DNA of 64,000 nucleotides from Callorhinchus milii (Eukaryota). Position numbers and translations under genes: made by a program. The stretch covers positions 63,986,001-64,050,000 of the forward strand of contig NW_024704743.1 of NCBI RefSeq assembly GCF_018977255.1, read 5' to 3'. The notes under the pieces were generated by a model. That model searched no databases and was not told where the DNA came from. It saw only the letters and a program-made list of their open reading frames with translations. Positions within the stretch are counted from its first letter, which is position 1; each line of letters opens with the position of its first letter. Positions 49,888 through 62,945 of the stretch are shown here, in pieces.

Positions 49888-52631
49888 TGGGAGCTGAATA
49901 TTCCTGGCTATAATGTATTCAGGAGAGATAGGGAAGGAAAAAAAGGAGGGGGTGTGGCAATGTTAGTCAAAGATACGGTTATAGCCGGGGAAAGGGTCGA
50001 GGTGCTGGAGGGCCCCAAAACGGAATCTATCTGGTTAGAGTTAAGGAACAAAAAAGGAGCTGTTATGCTGGTAGGGGTATACTATAGACCACCAAATAGT
50101 GGGAAGGAAATAGATGAGCAGATCTGCAAGCAGATCTCAGACAGATGCAAGGCCAATAGAGTCGTGATAATGGGGGACTTTAATTATCCCAACATAGACT
50201 GGCAAAACAACAGCACAAAGGGCAAGGAGGGGGAAATATATTCCTAATAACCTAAAATGCATACAACTTTCTTGATCAGTACGTTTCCAGCCCAACAAGG
50301 AAGGAAGCAGTGCTAGATCTAGTTCTGGGGAATGAAGTAGGACAAGTGGAGCAGGTTTCAGTGGGAGAGCATCTGGGCAATAGTGATCATAACATCATTA
50401 GATTCAAAGTGCATATGGAAAGAGACAAGGAACCATCTAAGGTAAAGATATTCAACTGGAAGAGGGCAAATTTCAGTGAGTTAAAAAGGGACCTAGCCAA
50501 GGTGGACTGGAAAGAAAGATTGGCAGGTAAAACAACTAAAGAGCAGTGGGAAGTCTTCAAGGATGAGATAGCTCGGGGACAAAATAAATACATTCCCACA
50601 AAAGGGAAAAGTAGGGCTTCCAAACCTCCGTGGATGACGAAGGTAATTGTATCTAAAATGAAGCAGAAAAAGGAGGCGTATGACAAATGTCAAACCCAAG
50701 ATACAGAAGACAACCAAATCGAATATAGGAAGTGCAGAAGAGGTTTGAAAAAGGAAATAAGAGGGGCAAAAAGATTATACGAAAAAAGGTTAGCGGGTAA
50801 CATTAAAGGGAATTCTAAAATATTTTACAAACATATCAAGGAAAAAAGGCTAGTCAAAGGTAGGGTGGGGCCAATTAAGGACCAAGGGGGAAATCTTATT
50901 GTGGAGGCAGAGGGCATGGCTGATGTGCTGAATGAGTACTTTGCATCTGTCTTCACAAAAGAAGTGGATGCACCAAATGCCGCAGTATCGGAGGAGAGGG
51001 TAGAGGAAATGGATAGGATCAGTATAAACAAAGAGGAAGTACTGAAAAGGTTGACTGCGCTGAAGGTAGATAAGTCGCCTGGTCCGGACGGAATGCAACC
51101 AAGCTATGCTATGGGAGGCACGGGTACAAATAGCGGAGGCTTTGGCTACAATTTTTCAATCTTCGTTGGACACAGGAGTGGTGCCAGAGGACTGGAGAGT
51201 GGCCAATGTGACTCCTCTGTACAAAAAGGGACAGAAGGACAAACCTGGGAACTACAGGCCAGTCAGCCTAACATCAGTAGTGGGGAAACTCCTGGAGACT
51301 ATAATCCAGGACAGAATAAATCTTCACTTAGAAGAATATGGGTTACTTAGGGATAGTCAGCACGGATTTGTTAAAGGCAAATCTTGTCTCAAAAATCTAA
51401 TAGAATTTTTCGATGAGGTAACGGAGAGGGTGGACAAAGGTAGTGCAGTTGATGTAGTTCATATGGACTTTCAAAAGGCATTTGACAAAGTGCCACATGA
51501 AAGACTTGTAAGAAAGATAGAAGCCCATGGTATAAAAGGGACAGTGGCAGCATGGATCCAGAACTGGCTGGGAGACAGAAAGCAGAGAGTTGTGGTGAAC
51601 GGCTGCTTTTCTGACTGGAGGGAAGTAAGTGTACAGTGGCGTTCCCCAGGGATTGATATTAGGACCACTACTCTTCTTAATATACATAAATGATCTGGAC
51701 TTGGGTATAGCAAGCACCATTTCCAAGTTTGCAGACAACACAAAGTTAGGTAGGGTAGTAAACAGTGAGAAGGATAGGAGCCAACTGCAGGAAGACATAG
51801 ACAGAATGGTAAAATGGGCAGACACATGGCAGATGAGTTTCAATGTAGAGAAATGCAAAGTAATGCATTTTGGTAGAAAGAATGAGGGGAGGCAATACAG
51901 GCTGGTAATACAATCTTAAGGGGGGTAAAAGAACAGAGAATCCTTGAAGGTGGCAGGACAGGTAGATAAGGCTGTAAAAAGGGCAAATGGGATTCTAGGC
52001 TTTATAAATAGGGGCATAGAGTACAAGAGTACAGGAGGTTATGATTAACCTATATAAAACACTGGTTAGGCCTCAGTTAGAATACTGCGCCCAGTTCTGG
52101 GCACCACACTATAGGAAGGATGTTAAGGCATTGGAAAGGGCGCAGAGGAGATTTACAAGGATGGTACCAGGAATGAGGGACCTTGATTATGAGGAAAGGC
52201 TAGAGAGGCTGGGATTATTCTCATTGGAGCAGAGAAGGTTACGAGGAGACCTAATAGAGGTCTTCAAAATCATGAGGGGATTTGATAGGTTAGAAAGGGA
52301 AAAAACGTTTCCACTGGTAGGTGTGTCGGTGACTTGAGGTCACAGATTCAAAATAGTTTCTGAAAGAAGCAGAGGGGAGGTGAGAAGACATTTTTTCACA
52401 CAGCGAGTTGTTTGAATCTGGAACGCATTGCCTGAAAGGGTGGTGGAGGCCGATTCGATAACTACTTTTAAAAACGCGGTGGACGGATATTTGAGGAGGA
52501 CAGGTTTGCAGGGTTATGGGGAAAGGGCTGGGGAGTGGGATTGACATTAATTGCTCCATTCAAAGAGCCGGCACAGACTCGATGGGCCGAATGGCCTCTT
52601 TTTGTGCTGTACAATTCTATGATTCTATGAT
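49888..52631 (+). mobile_element. CR1 LINE ORF2 (partial APE endonuclease and RT), 5'-truncated, frameshifted
   Basis: IPGYNVFRRDR, GVYYRPPN, MGDFNYP, LDLVL...SDH (APE); KSPGPDG, NYRPVSLTS, GVPQG, FADNTKL (RT); (ATTCTATG)2 terminus. Confidence 0.97.
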
Positions 52632-54079
52632 AATTGGTACTCATCTGATTGTTAGTTCTGGTACATTGCTGTTGTAGATTAGCTGACAGATTTATCTTTA
52701 TAGCAACATTCATTTCATTTCTTATCGATTATATTTTGTAAATTGCTTTGAGAAATTTATTTTTTATATGAAAAATACTATATATAAAGAAAGTTAATAT
52801 CTGAACATCTAATCAACTAAGAGTCCTTTAACTGTCCTTAAAACTGGCAACCTGAGCCCTGAGTCCCAGGTAACAGTCAGCAACTTCAAACAGATGTCTC
52901 ATTAAAAAAGGGGTATCATGAATTTACTTGAAATCCAATATCTGTACACAAAGGGAATATTACAATTCGCAAATACAGCAAAAATGACATTGTACAAAGC
53001 CTACTGGTTTATAATGAGGTCCTGAATGCTGCAAAGGTTGACCTCTAAACTGTAATGTATATTGTTTTTATTATCTGAGATGTCAGTAATCAGAATTGAT
53101 GTAGAGCATTATGACTTTGGTATCCTTGTAATAAACGTATAGTACTCATTTTTATAGAACTCGTTTCAAGTGATACTAATGTAAGTAATCTAGGACGCTG
53201 GTTCTCCCAGCTACTTTACCTCCCCCGGAGATCTCTCAGGATCTCCCACAGAGCAATTTTTGCAGCTACACACTTACAGCTACACACTAACAAGTTCTTA
53301 TCGAGCAGCTCACACAGCCAAAGCTCCAGGCACTGAATTATCAGTCACCTCAAATTTATGTTTGTTGAACCCTCATCTTTTATTATGATCTGAAAAAAAA
53401 TACAATAGATCCCTCACCTGGAGCTATCAGTAACACAATTTAATAAACAAACTACATGACACAAAGAAACGATAATTAAACTGCCATGTTAAAAGCCTAC
53501 AGTTCTGTGTTGGTGAAAATGCTATGATGTTTTTTTCTATGAATTCAATCACAGTTTTGTTAGAGGTAAGGTGCAGGAGCTGAATTCAAGTGGACATCAC
53601 ATTTATAATCATGTAATGAATCTATTATTCTAATAATGTTTTGAATTGTGTTTTTTAGGCGGGTCCGCTAAAGAATCTTAGATATAGTATATATATATAA
53701 CATTACTGAATTTTTACACCTCTGAGGAAAATCGCTTTCCTCTTTTGGATAAGCGACTGTACCATTGGCTGACGATTCAAGCCTGTATAAATGAATTGAA
53801 TTGCCTTTATGGCAGTCATTGATGCACAGAAGCAGACCTACTATGTTGAAATTGAATTCTTTATTATATATAGCTGTGTACGTTACCTATTGTAGATTTT
53901 ATGAGACTGTTGAGTTTTTAATGCGTTAATTAATATTGATATTTTAATTTAAATTGTTTCACTGTAGCAGGTTAAACTAAAACGGCCCAATCTTTGAAAA
54001 TAGTTATCTGAGGGAAAATTCATAAGTATTTACATATACAATTATGTATAAAGAATGAAGAATAATAACTGATGTTGGA

Positions 54080-54290
54080 ATATAATAATAATCATTACAT
54101 TTGTTATAACCCCTTTCACTTCGGAGGATGTCCCAAAGTGCTTCGCATACTGTAAAGTTGAGTAATTGTGTTTTTTGTGTGCAAATGCGGCAGCCATTTT
54201 GCACACAGCAATGGCCTACGCACAGCTATGGAATGAATGACCAATTTTATTTGAGGAATTGTTGGCCAGACACCAGGAGAAACTCTGTTG
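54080..54290 (-). mobile_element. DeuSINE-like 3' half
   Basis: GCAGCCATTTTGCACACAGCAATG core and GGATGTCCCAAAGTGCTT tail. Confidence 0.75.
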
Positions 54291-54999
54291 CATCTTACTA
54301 GCAGAGAATTCATCACTAAAATCTATTTGTCCACCAGATGAATCCTTTTTCGTTGCCCTTTGAATACAATTAAGATTTAATAATTCTTCCTCTTGCTGGT
54401 TCAGCTCAATAAATTAGATTGTAATTCCATTAGCCAATATATTTTGGCCTTTGTTCACAGTATATCTATACACATTTATTACACTACGGAAACTGCAACA
54501 CACTTTGAGACATTGTCAACATTATAGATGCTATGCTAAATGTAAAGATAATGAGTTACTAAAAGCTGTGGGGAGAAAGAGAGGCTGATATTGGTGCAAA
54601 TGCAACCCTTAGACAAAATCGATTTTTTTAAAAGAAAGATTAGGAGAGGCAAAAAAAAAGAAAAAAACTTAGCAGCAGATGCAAAACATTCCTGTCAGTA
54701 CAATTAAGGGGGACCCAAAAAGAAGTTGAAAATGAGAACCAACAGGAGAAAGTAAAGATTAGTGTAATGTATAGTGTATGGTAGAGAAAATAACCTGGAA
54801 CATTACTCTGGTTGTAGTCAGGGCATCAGGACAAGAAGTTCAGGCTTATAGTTGTAAAGTTTTCAGATTTCTGAAACAACTGGAAGGGTTTCTTCGCATA
54901 GAGGATAAACAATCAACAGCTGTAAAATGTTACCAGGAAGGATGGTTGAGGCTAGGACACCGGGTTCATTTTAAATATCCTTTAAATGCTGTAAAGAGA

Positions 55000-55530
55000 A
55001 CCTGTTAAAAGAAGGATTTGGGAAGGAAAAGATTAAATGATCAGGTCACAGATGGAATGTATAATGTAATTCTGAATGCACAATTGCAAAACGAATATTT
55101 GAGCTACAGGATCGGTATTACATAGGATCAGATGAATAATAGCAGGTGAAGTATGAGGATGGCTTCAAAGCATTGGGCCATCTTCACTGGAGAGGTTGTC
55201 AAGATTGAAACTATTAGATTTTCAACATTCGGAAAGGTCTTAAGAGTATAAACAATGGAAGATTATTTGTAATGATGATGACTCAATAGCAGAGAGGTGA
55301 AGTCAGAATTGTAACTGGAGCATTTAAGGTGGTGGTTAGAGGAAATGTTCATATAGTGGGTTACAAGAACATGGAATACTTAGGCAAAAGTTGCCATTGA
55401 AGATGTCCATAACATTTAAAACGGTCATAGATAAACAGTTAAGATGGAGCACAGAAAGAAAACTGAGATTAGAAGAGATAACTGGCACCAACTTAAGATT
55501 GATAGACTAAATGCTGTAATAGCTCTGCTT
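55000..55530 (+). mobile_element. Highly degraded CR1 3' fragment
   Basis: YE..L..LG.SLE and W.N.L-like remnants and a CR1-like 3'UTR. Confidence 0.5.
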
Positions 55531-55639
55531 TTATGAGATGGGACCAAGAGTTTTCTTTATCTGAATCCCTTTTGTAATTTTATACCCTTTTACATTGTCT
55601 TAGGACTTATCTGAAGTTATAGTCTGTATTTTTTGCTAA

Positions 55640-56970
55640 AGTGCATAATGGATTTTAAGAACCCATTGAGCCTGTACCAGTTTGATGATTATAGATCTTT
55701 CAATTTCATTTCCAAACCTTCCTCCATATTCCTTAATACCCTTATTACCCAAGTATCTACCTTTCCCTTTTAAACATCCCACTTTGTGTCAGTCTGGCTC
55801 AGTGATAGTGCTCTCACCTCTGGGTCAGAAGGTTGTGGATTGAAACCCCACACCGGGACTTGGAATCACACAGTCTAAAATGACACTCCAATGCAGTGCT
55901 GTAGGTGTGTTACATTGTTGGAGGTACTGTCCTTCAGATGAGATGTTAAATTGTCTGCTTGTTCAGGTGGATGCTAAAGATCCTGTGGCACTATTCGAAA
56001 AGAGAAGGGAGCTTCTCCTAGTGTCGTAGCCAAAATCCCCCAAAATCGCCCACAAAATACCCAGTCAATCCACTTTACAGTATATTCTATGAAGCACTTT
56101 GAGACATCTTAACAATGTGATAAGGCCCTATTATCAAATGGAAGGATTATATGATTATTATTGATTGATTCTGCTTTTATGCCTTCCACACTTTCACACC
56201 CCACTGTGTGAAAAAATGCATTCTGACCTCATGTAAAAACATTTGCTATAGCAAATTTCATGTCAGGATGAATGTCTCAAAGCACTTCACAGGATATACT
56301 GTAAAGTGGAGTGATTGGATTTTGTGGGCGATCTTAGCTTTAATTTTATGATTGTCCCCTTGTTTCCATTCTTCTATCAGAGGGAAGGGTTATCCACTCT
56401 ATACTTTGTCAATTCCCTTCATTATTTTAAATGTATCACTTGTATCACCCATAAACTCTTCAGTTCTAAAGAATGCAACCCATACCTACCCTAATCAGAA
56501 CTGCACCGCTTCATCCAACATATTAATCTAATGAATCTTTGTGGATGCAGTCAAAGGCTAGTATATCCTTTCAAAGATTGGATGCCCAAAACTAATTACA
56601 ATAATTCAAATGAGGTTTGGCTAGCACTGTAAAGAACTATAGCAACACTTCTTTGCCTTTATATTCCTGATCTCTTGTTATCAAGCCAAGCATCGTATTA
56701 GCCTTATTGATTGCTTTCTGCTTTGTGCACCTGGAAACTAGATTTTAATGACCTATATATGAACAAATTGATCATTTATTCAAAGTGTTTCCCCATTTAA
56801 AACATATTCCTAACTGCTATTTTTGCATTCAAAGTATGCCTCACACTTTCCAACATCAAACTTCATCTGCCAGTTCTGCACACTCACTGTAACTATGCCT
56901 CTTTGCAATTTCCTGCTGTACTCTTCACAATTTACAACACCTCATAGCTTTGTGTCATCAGCAGACTTAG
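55640..56970 (-). mobile_element. Degraded CR1 3' fragment interrupted by SINEs
   Basis: Reverse complement gives SKSADDTKL (56950-56975), WQMKFDV.KCE and PHLNYCN.FW motifs. Confidence 0.7.
55787..56162 (+). mobile_element. Older DeuSINE-like SINE (SacSINE1-like) with an internal deletion
   Basis: GTCAGTCTGGCTCAGTGATAG...GGTTGTGGATTGAAACCCC head, CAGATGAGATGTTAAA and AAAGATCCTGTGGCACTATT core, L2-type tail. Confidence 0.85.
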
Positions 56971-58124
56971 AAATATTCTTCCCCTTTAGTAAGTAATCAG
57001 ACTGATGTGTGCTGAGTCCTACTGGAACTAGAGAATTATTTTGTACAACTCATTTGAACTTCAGAACATCTGAATTAGAACTATGAGAATGGGTAATATA
57101 TACTGATAGCTATTCAAAATACTTTACGGAGTGCATGTTGAGCAATTGCTTTTGTGTGTAAAAGCTAAATAAATTATAATAGCCAGTCCCCTGACTCTTC
57201 AGCTTTTCTTGTCTGCTTGTGCAATTTACAGCCACTTTCAAGATCTATTTCTTTGTTTTTTTTAAATAGAATAAAACAAATTGGTGTGGGAATACACAGC
57301 AAGTAACAGGGACAGGTAACAAGCAAACAATTGGCAGGAAGAGAACGTTATGGCAAAGATTTAGTATATGTTTAACATAATTGTATTCAACCAAATTAGT
57401 CCAATCATTTACAGGGTTTTTGCAGAACTCTCATTGTAACACACGAGATCTTCAGACAAAATTGGCTTTGCTGGTATAAACATACTTCTCAAGTACAAAA
57501 TTATAGCTTACAGTTCTTAAACCTTAAGCGCTTGTTAAGCTGACAGTACAGTGAAACACTATGTTGACAGAAGCATACCGCCTTCATGGATATCAAAAAT
57601 AATTGGTCAGTGGAGGTAATGTTAGGTGTAGTGTAAATTAATAACAAGCACAGAATTTTATTTTGACTGAAGGGTTTTTAAAGAGGAGTATGCTTGTCAC
57701 CAGAGCTAGTATAGGCGACCGTCAGATGCTTTAAAATATTGAGGAGTGTATCTAACTCTGTCATGGTGAACCTATGTTCTTATGAAGTCAATTCAAGTGC
57801 TACATGGAGGCAAAACGTTCTTGCCTACTAGCATGCCAGCATTGAATGGCTTCAAAACTGAAAACAATTTTCCACCTCCTGCTATGGACTATGACCTTCT
57901 GCTTTGTGCTGCTGGGCTGATGGAAACTATTCATTCCATGCATACACCTGGAACTAGGGTGGTAGTGAGTCAAACGTGTGTGCACTAATGTCAGGGGCCA
58001 AGCAAAGAGGATTATCTGAGGCAGCTGAGCTCCTACCACCACCAATGCAGCATCAGACAAGCAGTAATATTACTTTTATTAGCAGTAATACAAAAAACAA
58101 ATGTGACTACTCATGTTGGTACTT

Positions 58125-58420
58125 GAGCTCATAGAATAGACTGATACTCTAGTGCAGTACTGGGGGAAATGCTACATTATTGGAGGAGCCATCCTTTGGA
58201 CGAGCCACTAAACTGAGGGCTTGTCTTCAAGTAAACATTAAGAACCTATGAAAATCGAAAAAGGTAATGGCATTGCTCCCTGTGTCCTGGCTAAGAATTC
58301 TTTTTTGGGAGTGAAGTGGCTGCCACAATTGCCTACAAAAACAGTCACTCCACTCATCAATAATTATTGTAAAGTGTTTTGAGATGTTTTGACATAAGGT
58401 GCTATAAAAATGCAAATTCT
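58125..58420 (+). mobile_element. Degraded DeuSINE-like fragment
   Basis: GTGCAGTACTGGGGG...GGAGGAGCCATCCTTTGGACGAG core and a degenerate tail. Confidence 0.7.
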
Positions 58421-58489
58421 TTTCAAGAAAATGGTGGAAGTTTTGGTTTATATTCTTTGAAACTGCAAAAGCATTGGAGCTATGTCTAA

Positions 58490-58900
58490 ACACTGGAAGG
58501 TAACAAATTTTAAACCTTTATTTAAAAAAAAGTAGCGAGATATGAACCTGGAAACTACAGACCAGTTTTCCTAACCTCTGTCATGGGGAAATTGCTCGAG
58601 AGCATCATGAAGATACTATCTAAAGAGAATAGAGACTTTGTGAGAAGATAGCATGGAATTAGAAGTAAAAGATCATGCCTCACAAATGTATGGTAATTCT
58701 ATGAGGAAGTAACTAAACTAGTAGATGGAGACTATCGACTGAAAGTAATTTACTTGGATTTTCAGAAGATGTTTAACACAGTTCTACTTGTGAGACTTTT
58801 AAAGATGGTTAAAGATCATGTTATTAATGAGAAATTAGCTAGCTGAATTGAAAACTGATGTTCAATGGAAAAAGCTCTGTCTAAGTAGAAGTGTTGAGTG
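58490..58900 (+). mobile_element. Degraded CR1 RT fragment
   Basis: PLFKK...PGNYRPVFLTSVMGKLLESI, HGI...RSCLTN and YLDFQK motifs. Confidence 0.8.
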
Positions 58901-59879
58901 ATTTCTGCAACACAGTAGCAGAGATTTTCAAGCAGGTCATTATGTACTTGTTCAGGAGCCACTACAGAGATTCCCTAAGGAGCTGTATTGTGGGATTTGT
59001 AGTGTTGCAGCTATATTGTTCTCAATAGGTACAGTATAGTGCACAATTTCCTAGTTATTAAATGCTGGCTCTGAAAAACATACCACCTGGGGTTGCTCTC
59101 ACACTTTATTCCTGAGTGCCCCATTGTCACTGATGTTGTTTCAAGCTGAACATTTTGATACAATCTCTCCATTAAACTCTGACTTTCTACATTGATATTG
59201 TGCTGATTGTTTCTTCTCTTAAATTGGAAAACGTTTAATTCATATAATGTAGAGAAAAGAAAGCTGTTGCAGTCGCACTTCAATATTTGTTATCAATCCA
59301 AAAAGTTTGAATAGAATTCCAGCGATGAAGCTTTGATTGATGTTATCATGCAATGTTCCATGCAGAAGTTCAAACACGGAGATGACCATCATTTGCTGAA
59401 CTGCAGTTGCTGACCATGCACATGTCCACCATGCAATAGCCTACACATGGCCTATTTGGCCATTTGAATCGAATCCCAGTACAATTCTTTTTGTGCTCCC
59501 AGCGATTATCAGGGTCGACTTTGTGAGACAATTATTTTAGGCAGGAGTACACCTGGGGTCTTTCGAGCCAACTCATCCAGTATCCCAAATTTCCACTGAT
59601 ACAATAAATTCATTATCCAATAACAACAACAACAAATAAAAACAACATGCATCTATAATCGCATCCCTCACACAGAGTAGAGTCTCAGAGTGCTGAAATA
59701 ATAACCACTGACACCTTGTTGGGTGTCTGTTAAACTCCCAACTGTGTTTTGAACCACACATCGATTCTCTGACCTGCTCAGCTATTCTCCACCTCTGTAA
59801 CATTGTCCACCTTCACCACAAACCCTCCCCTTGGACCGCTGAGGCCCTAATTGTGCGTCAGCCTGGCTCGGGTACAATA

Positions 59880-60005
59880 TACAATTCTGATGAAAGGATT
59901 ACTGCTGAAACATTAACTTGTCCTTATTTTAGATGATGTTGAACTGTCAATACCAGCATTTTCTGGTTTTGAGTTCAGATTTACAATATTCATAGATTGT
60001 TTTAT
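59880..60005 (+). mobile_element. Penelope-like pLTR remnant with hammerhead-like core boxes
   Basis: CTGATGA (59887-59893) and GAAAC (59907-59911), then CCAGCATTTTCTG...TCAGATTT; resembles the reverse complement of 31430-31570. Confidence 0.6.
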
Positions 60006-60478
60006 GTTCCAAATGCATTTGTTTATTTAATTATTCAGAGTGTTTTAGTTATTAAAGTGTTCATAGTTAATAAAGGTTGTTTGGGAGAGAAAATGTGAAA
60101 GTTTACTCTGTAAATTATATTTTAACTTAAACTGTTTAATTCCCTGTAAGTTGAAATCAAAGAAAATTGGCAAATATGCCTTCAGGTTACTGGAGAATAA
60201 TTGACAGATTGATGCTGAATAACCTGATTGAATCCTATTCCCCGGCACCGTAAAATTAATTAAACTATAATTAAACTGCATAGCAGTAAAAAATTAATGG
60301 AATTAAATAATAAAGGAAATCCTTTGGGCTTAATTTGTGTTAGTATTTCGGAACAAAGTACCAGCACAAACAATAATATTTCAACATAGAAGTTAACATT
60401 TTATATTCTCACTTTCACCCACAAAGTACAATAGTCACACCACTTTACAGTATATCTAGTGAAACGCTTTGGGACATC

Positions 60479-60822
60479 ATAATCCTTGCATTTGATACAG
60501 CTCCTCATCCCGTCAATGAGACTTCTCAAAGCACTTCAAAGAATATATTGTGAAGTGTATATTGTGGGCGAAACGTGGCAGCGAATTGCACACAGAGGTG
60601 TCCCACAAACAGTCATGGATTGAGTGATCAATTTTTTTTTAAGGGATTAATATCCCCGGAAAGCGATCCGCCAATTGCCTAAAAAACGGATTCCGACTTA
60701 CCTGCGAGGTAAACAGAGGCATGTGGAGTAAGGAAACTTGCCTAAAGTTTTGCCCTGCCCGGGAATCAAACCTGGGTCCTCTCGCTTGAGAGATAAGTGC
60801 TTTAACCAATACGTGACAGCTC
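60479..60822 (-). mobile_element. tRNA-headed SINE, long form, nested in a + strand SINE tail (60415-60862)
   Basis: Reverse complement has the head, CTCTGTTTACCTCGCAG, core and tail. The host tail GCTTTGGGACATCAT resumes as CAATGATGTGATA...TCAAATGC after the insert. Confidence 0.85.
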
Positions 60823-61327
60823 AATGATGTGATATATATCAAATGCAATGATTATTATTATTTTAGTATTTTATGCTTACGAACAGATGTATTCAAATGA
60901 AAATGAAACGAGTGTCAGCACCCCTCATAAGCCTGCCTTTATAGGCTGACTTGTTCTATATATTTTCAGCATGTCTACTGCAGCACTGAAAAATTGCAAG
61001 TATTACAATGATAAATCAAATTGAGAACAGCTTTATTTCTGTAATATGAATCATATGAATCCAATGCTCAAATGCAAAAACATAACTTTTTGAAAAATAG
61101 CCTATGCCTGTCTTGGTGTCACTTTTCGTCTTATGCTAACTTTAGTTTTGCTAGTTGCTACCTCATTTATTGAGAACAAAGATTAGACCAAAGTCCCATT
61201 GTCCACCAAGCCCTCTCCTTTCACATACATTGTAAAGCCTACCATATCGTAGAATGCAGATCACTCACTCTATTTTCTAGACGAATGGATAAATGGATTT
61301 TATAATATAATAATATATAATCCTTAA

Positions 61328-62762
61328 TCCAGCTACCGGTCCATCTCAAACCTCCCTTTCCTATCCAAGGTCCTTGAGAGAGCCGTTGCCTCCCAGCTTC
61401 GCTCTTTCCTCTCCTCCCACTCCCTCCATGAATCCCTCCAAGGAAACTGCTCTGGACAAGGTCACAAACAATATCCTGACCATGTGTGACCAGGGCTCCC
61501 TCTGCCTCCTCATCCTCCTCGACCTCTCCGCTGCCTTTGACAGCGTGGACCATTCACTCTTCCTCTCACCTCAACCTTCAAGGTTCTGTCCTTGACTGGT
61601 TCAGGTCCTGTCTTTCACACCACCTCCACTTCGTCGCAGCAAACGGCTTCTCCTCCAGCCCCCGCACGGTCTTATGCGGTGTTCCTCAGGGCTCTATCCT
61701 CGGTGCCCTCCTCTTCACCCTCTACATGCTCCCCCTCGGTGACATCATCCGCAGACATGGGGTAAATTTCCACATGTATGCGGATGACACCCAACTCTAT
61801 CTCTCTGCTTTTCCACCCTCAACTCCAGGACGTATTGGCGTCCTGACCGACTGCCTGTCAGACATCAAGTCCTGGGCGAGGGACAACTTTCTCCAACTCA
61901 ACGTCAGCAAGACCGAGGCCGTCCTGATTGGCTTGCGCCAGCGCCTCCGCACCTTAGGCGCTGGCAGCATCAGCCTCCACGGCTGCACACACAACCTCAC
62001 AAAGCCAGTCAGGAACCTGGGTGTCTTGTTTGACCCTGAACTATCCTTTCTCCTCCACATTCGCACCATGACCAGCACTGCCTACTACCACCTCCACAGC
62101 ATTGCCAGACTCCGCCACTGCCTCACCCCTCAGGCCACCGAAATCCTCACCAACGCATTCGTCACATCAAGGCACGATTACGGAAACTCCCTCCTCATCG
62201 GCCTTCCCAACTCTTCCCTTCACAAGCTGCAGATCATCCAAAACTCTGCAGCTCGTGTACTCTTGCGCACCAGACTCCGTGACTCCATCACTCCCACCCT
62301 CACCCGACTCCACTGGCTCCCCATCCCCCAGAGGATCGAGTTCAAGATCCTAGTCCTCACTTTCAAGGCCATCCATGTCCTTGCCCCCTCCTTACCTCCC
62401 TGACCTGCTGACTCCCTACCAATTTGCCCTCTCCCTGCATTCAGCGGGCTCCGGTCTGGTTCATGTCTCCCGTCCAACCCGCCCTACCATCGGTGGCCGG
62501 GCTTTCAGCCTCTCTGTCCCGACACTCTGAAACTCCATCCCACAGTCCCATCACCTCTCTTCCTCCCTTACCTCCTTCAAGGCCGGTCTCAAGACCCTTC
62601 TCTTCAATCGTGCCTTTGTCGCCCTCCCACCTCTCTGCCTTCCCTCACCCCTATCCCACCCTTCCCCCATGCTCGGGTCCCGACACGTGACTGTTCAGCG
62701 CTTTGGGACGTCCTCCCGACATGAAAGGTGCTCTATAAATGTAATTTTGTGGTGTTGGTTGT
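61328..62762 (+). mobile_element. 5'-truncated L2 LINE
   Basis: [26 protein letters not shown] and LHWLPIPQRIEFK motifs; stem-loop tail and TTG-like end. Confidence 0.97.
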
Positions 62763-62945
62763 TGCATTTGATATAGGGCCTTATCACATCTTCGAGACGT
62801 CTCAAAGCCCTTCACAGAATATGCTATAAAGTGAATTGACTGTATATTTGTGGGTGAATCACAGCAGCCAATTGCGCACAGCAATGTCCCACAAACAGTC
62901 GTGGATTGAGTGACCAATTTATTATTATTTTTAAAAGGGATTATA
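62763..62945 (-). mobile_element. SINE 3' half, tail-to-tail with the L2
   Basis: TGCATTTGATATAGG...GAGACGTCTCAAAGC...CAGCAATGTCCCACAAACAGTC. Confidence 0.85.

Noticed and set aside
50310..51693. Long ORFs (346 aa, 195 aa; also 372 aa at 32033 and 305 aa at 61486) as host genes or a novel RT system
   Set aside because: All are frameshifted CR1 or L2 ORF2 pieces with normal LINE 3' ends; none is complete or linked to an accessory gene.
59082..59220. Possible minus-strand exon within the 90-aa ORF
   Set aside because: Mediocre splice signals and no recognisable protein; not distinguishable from chance.
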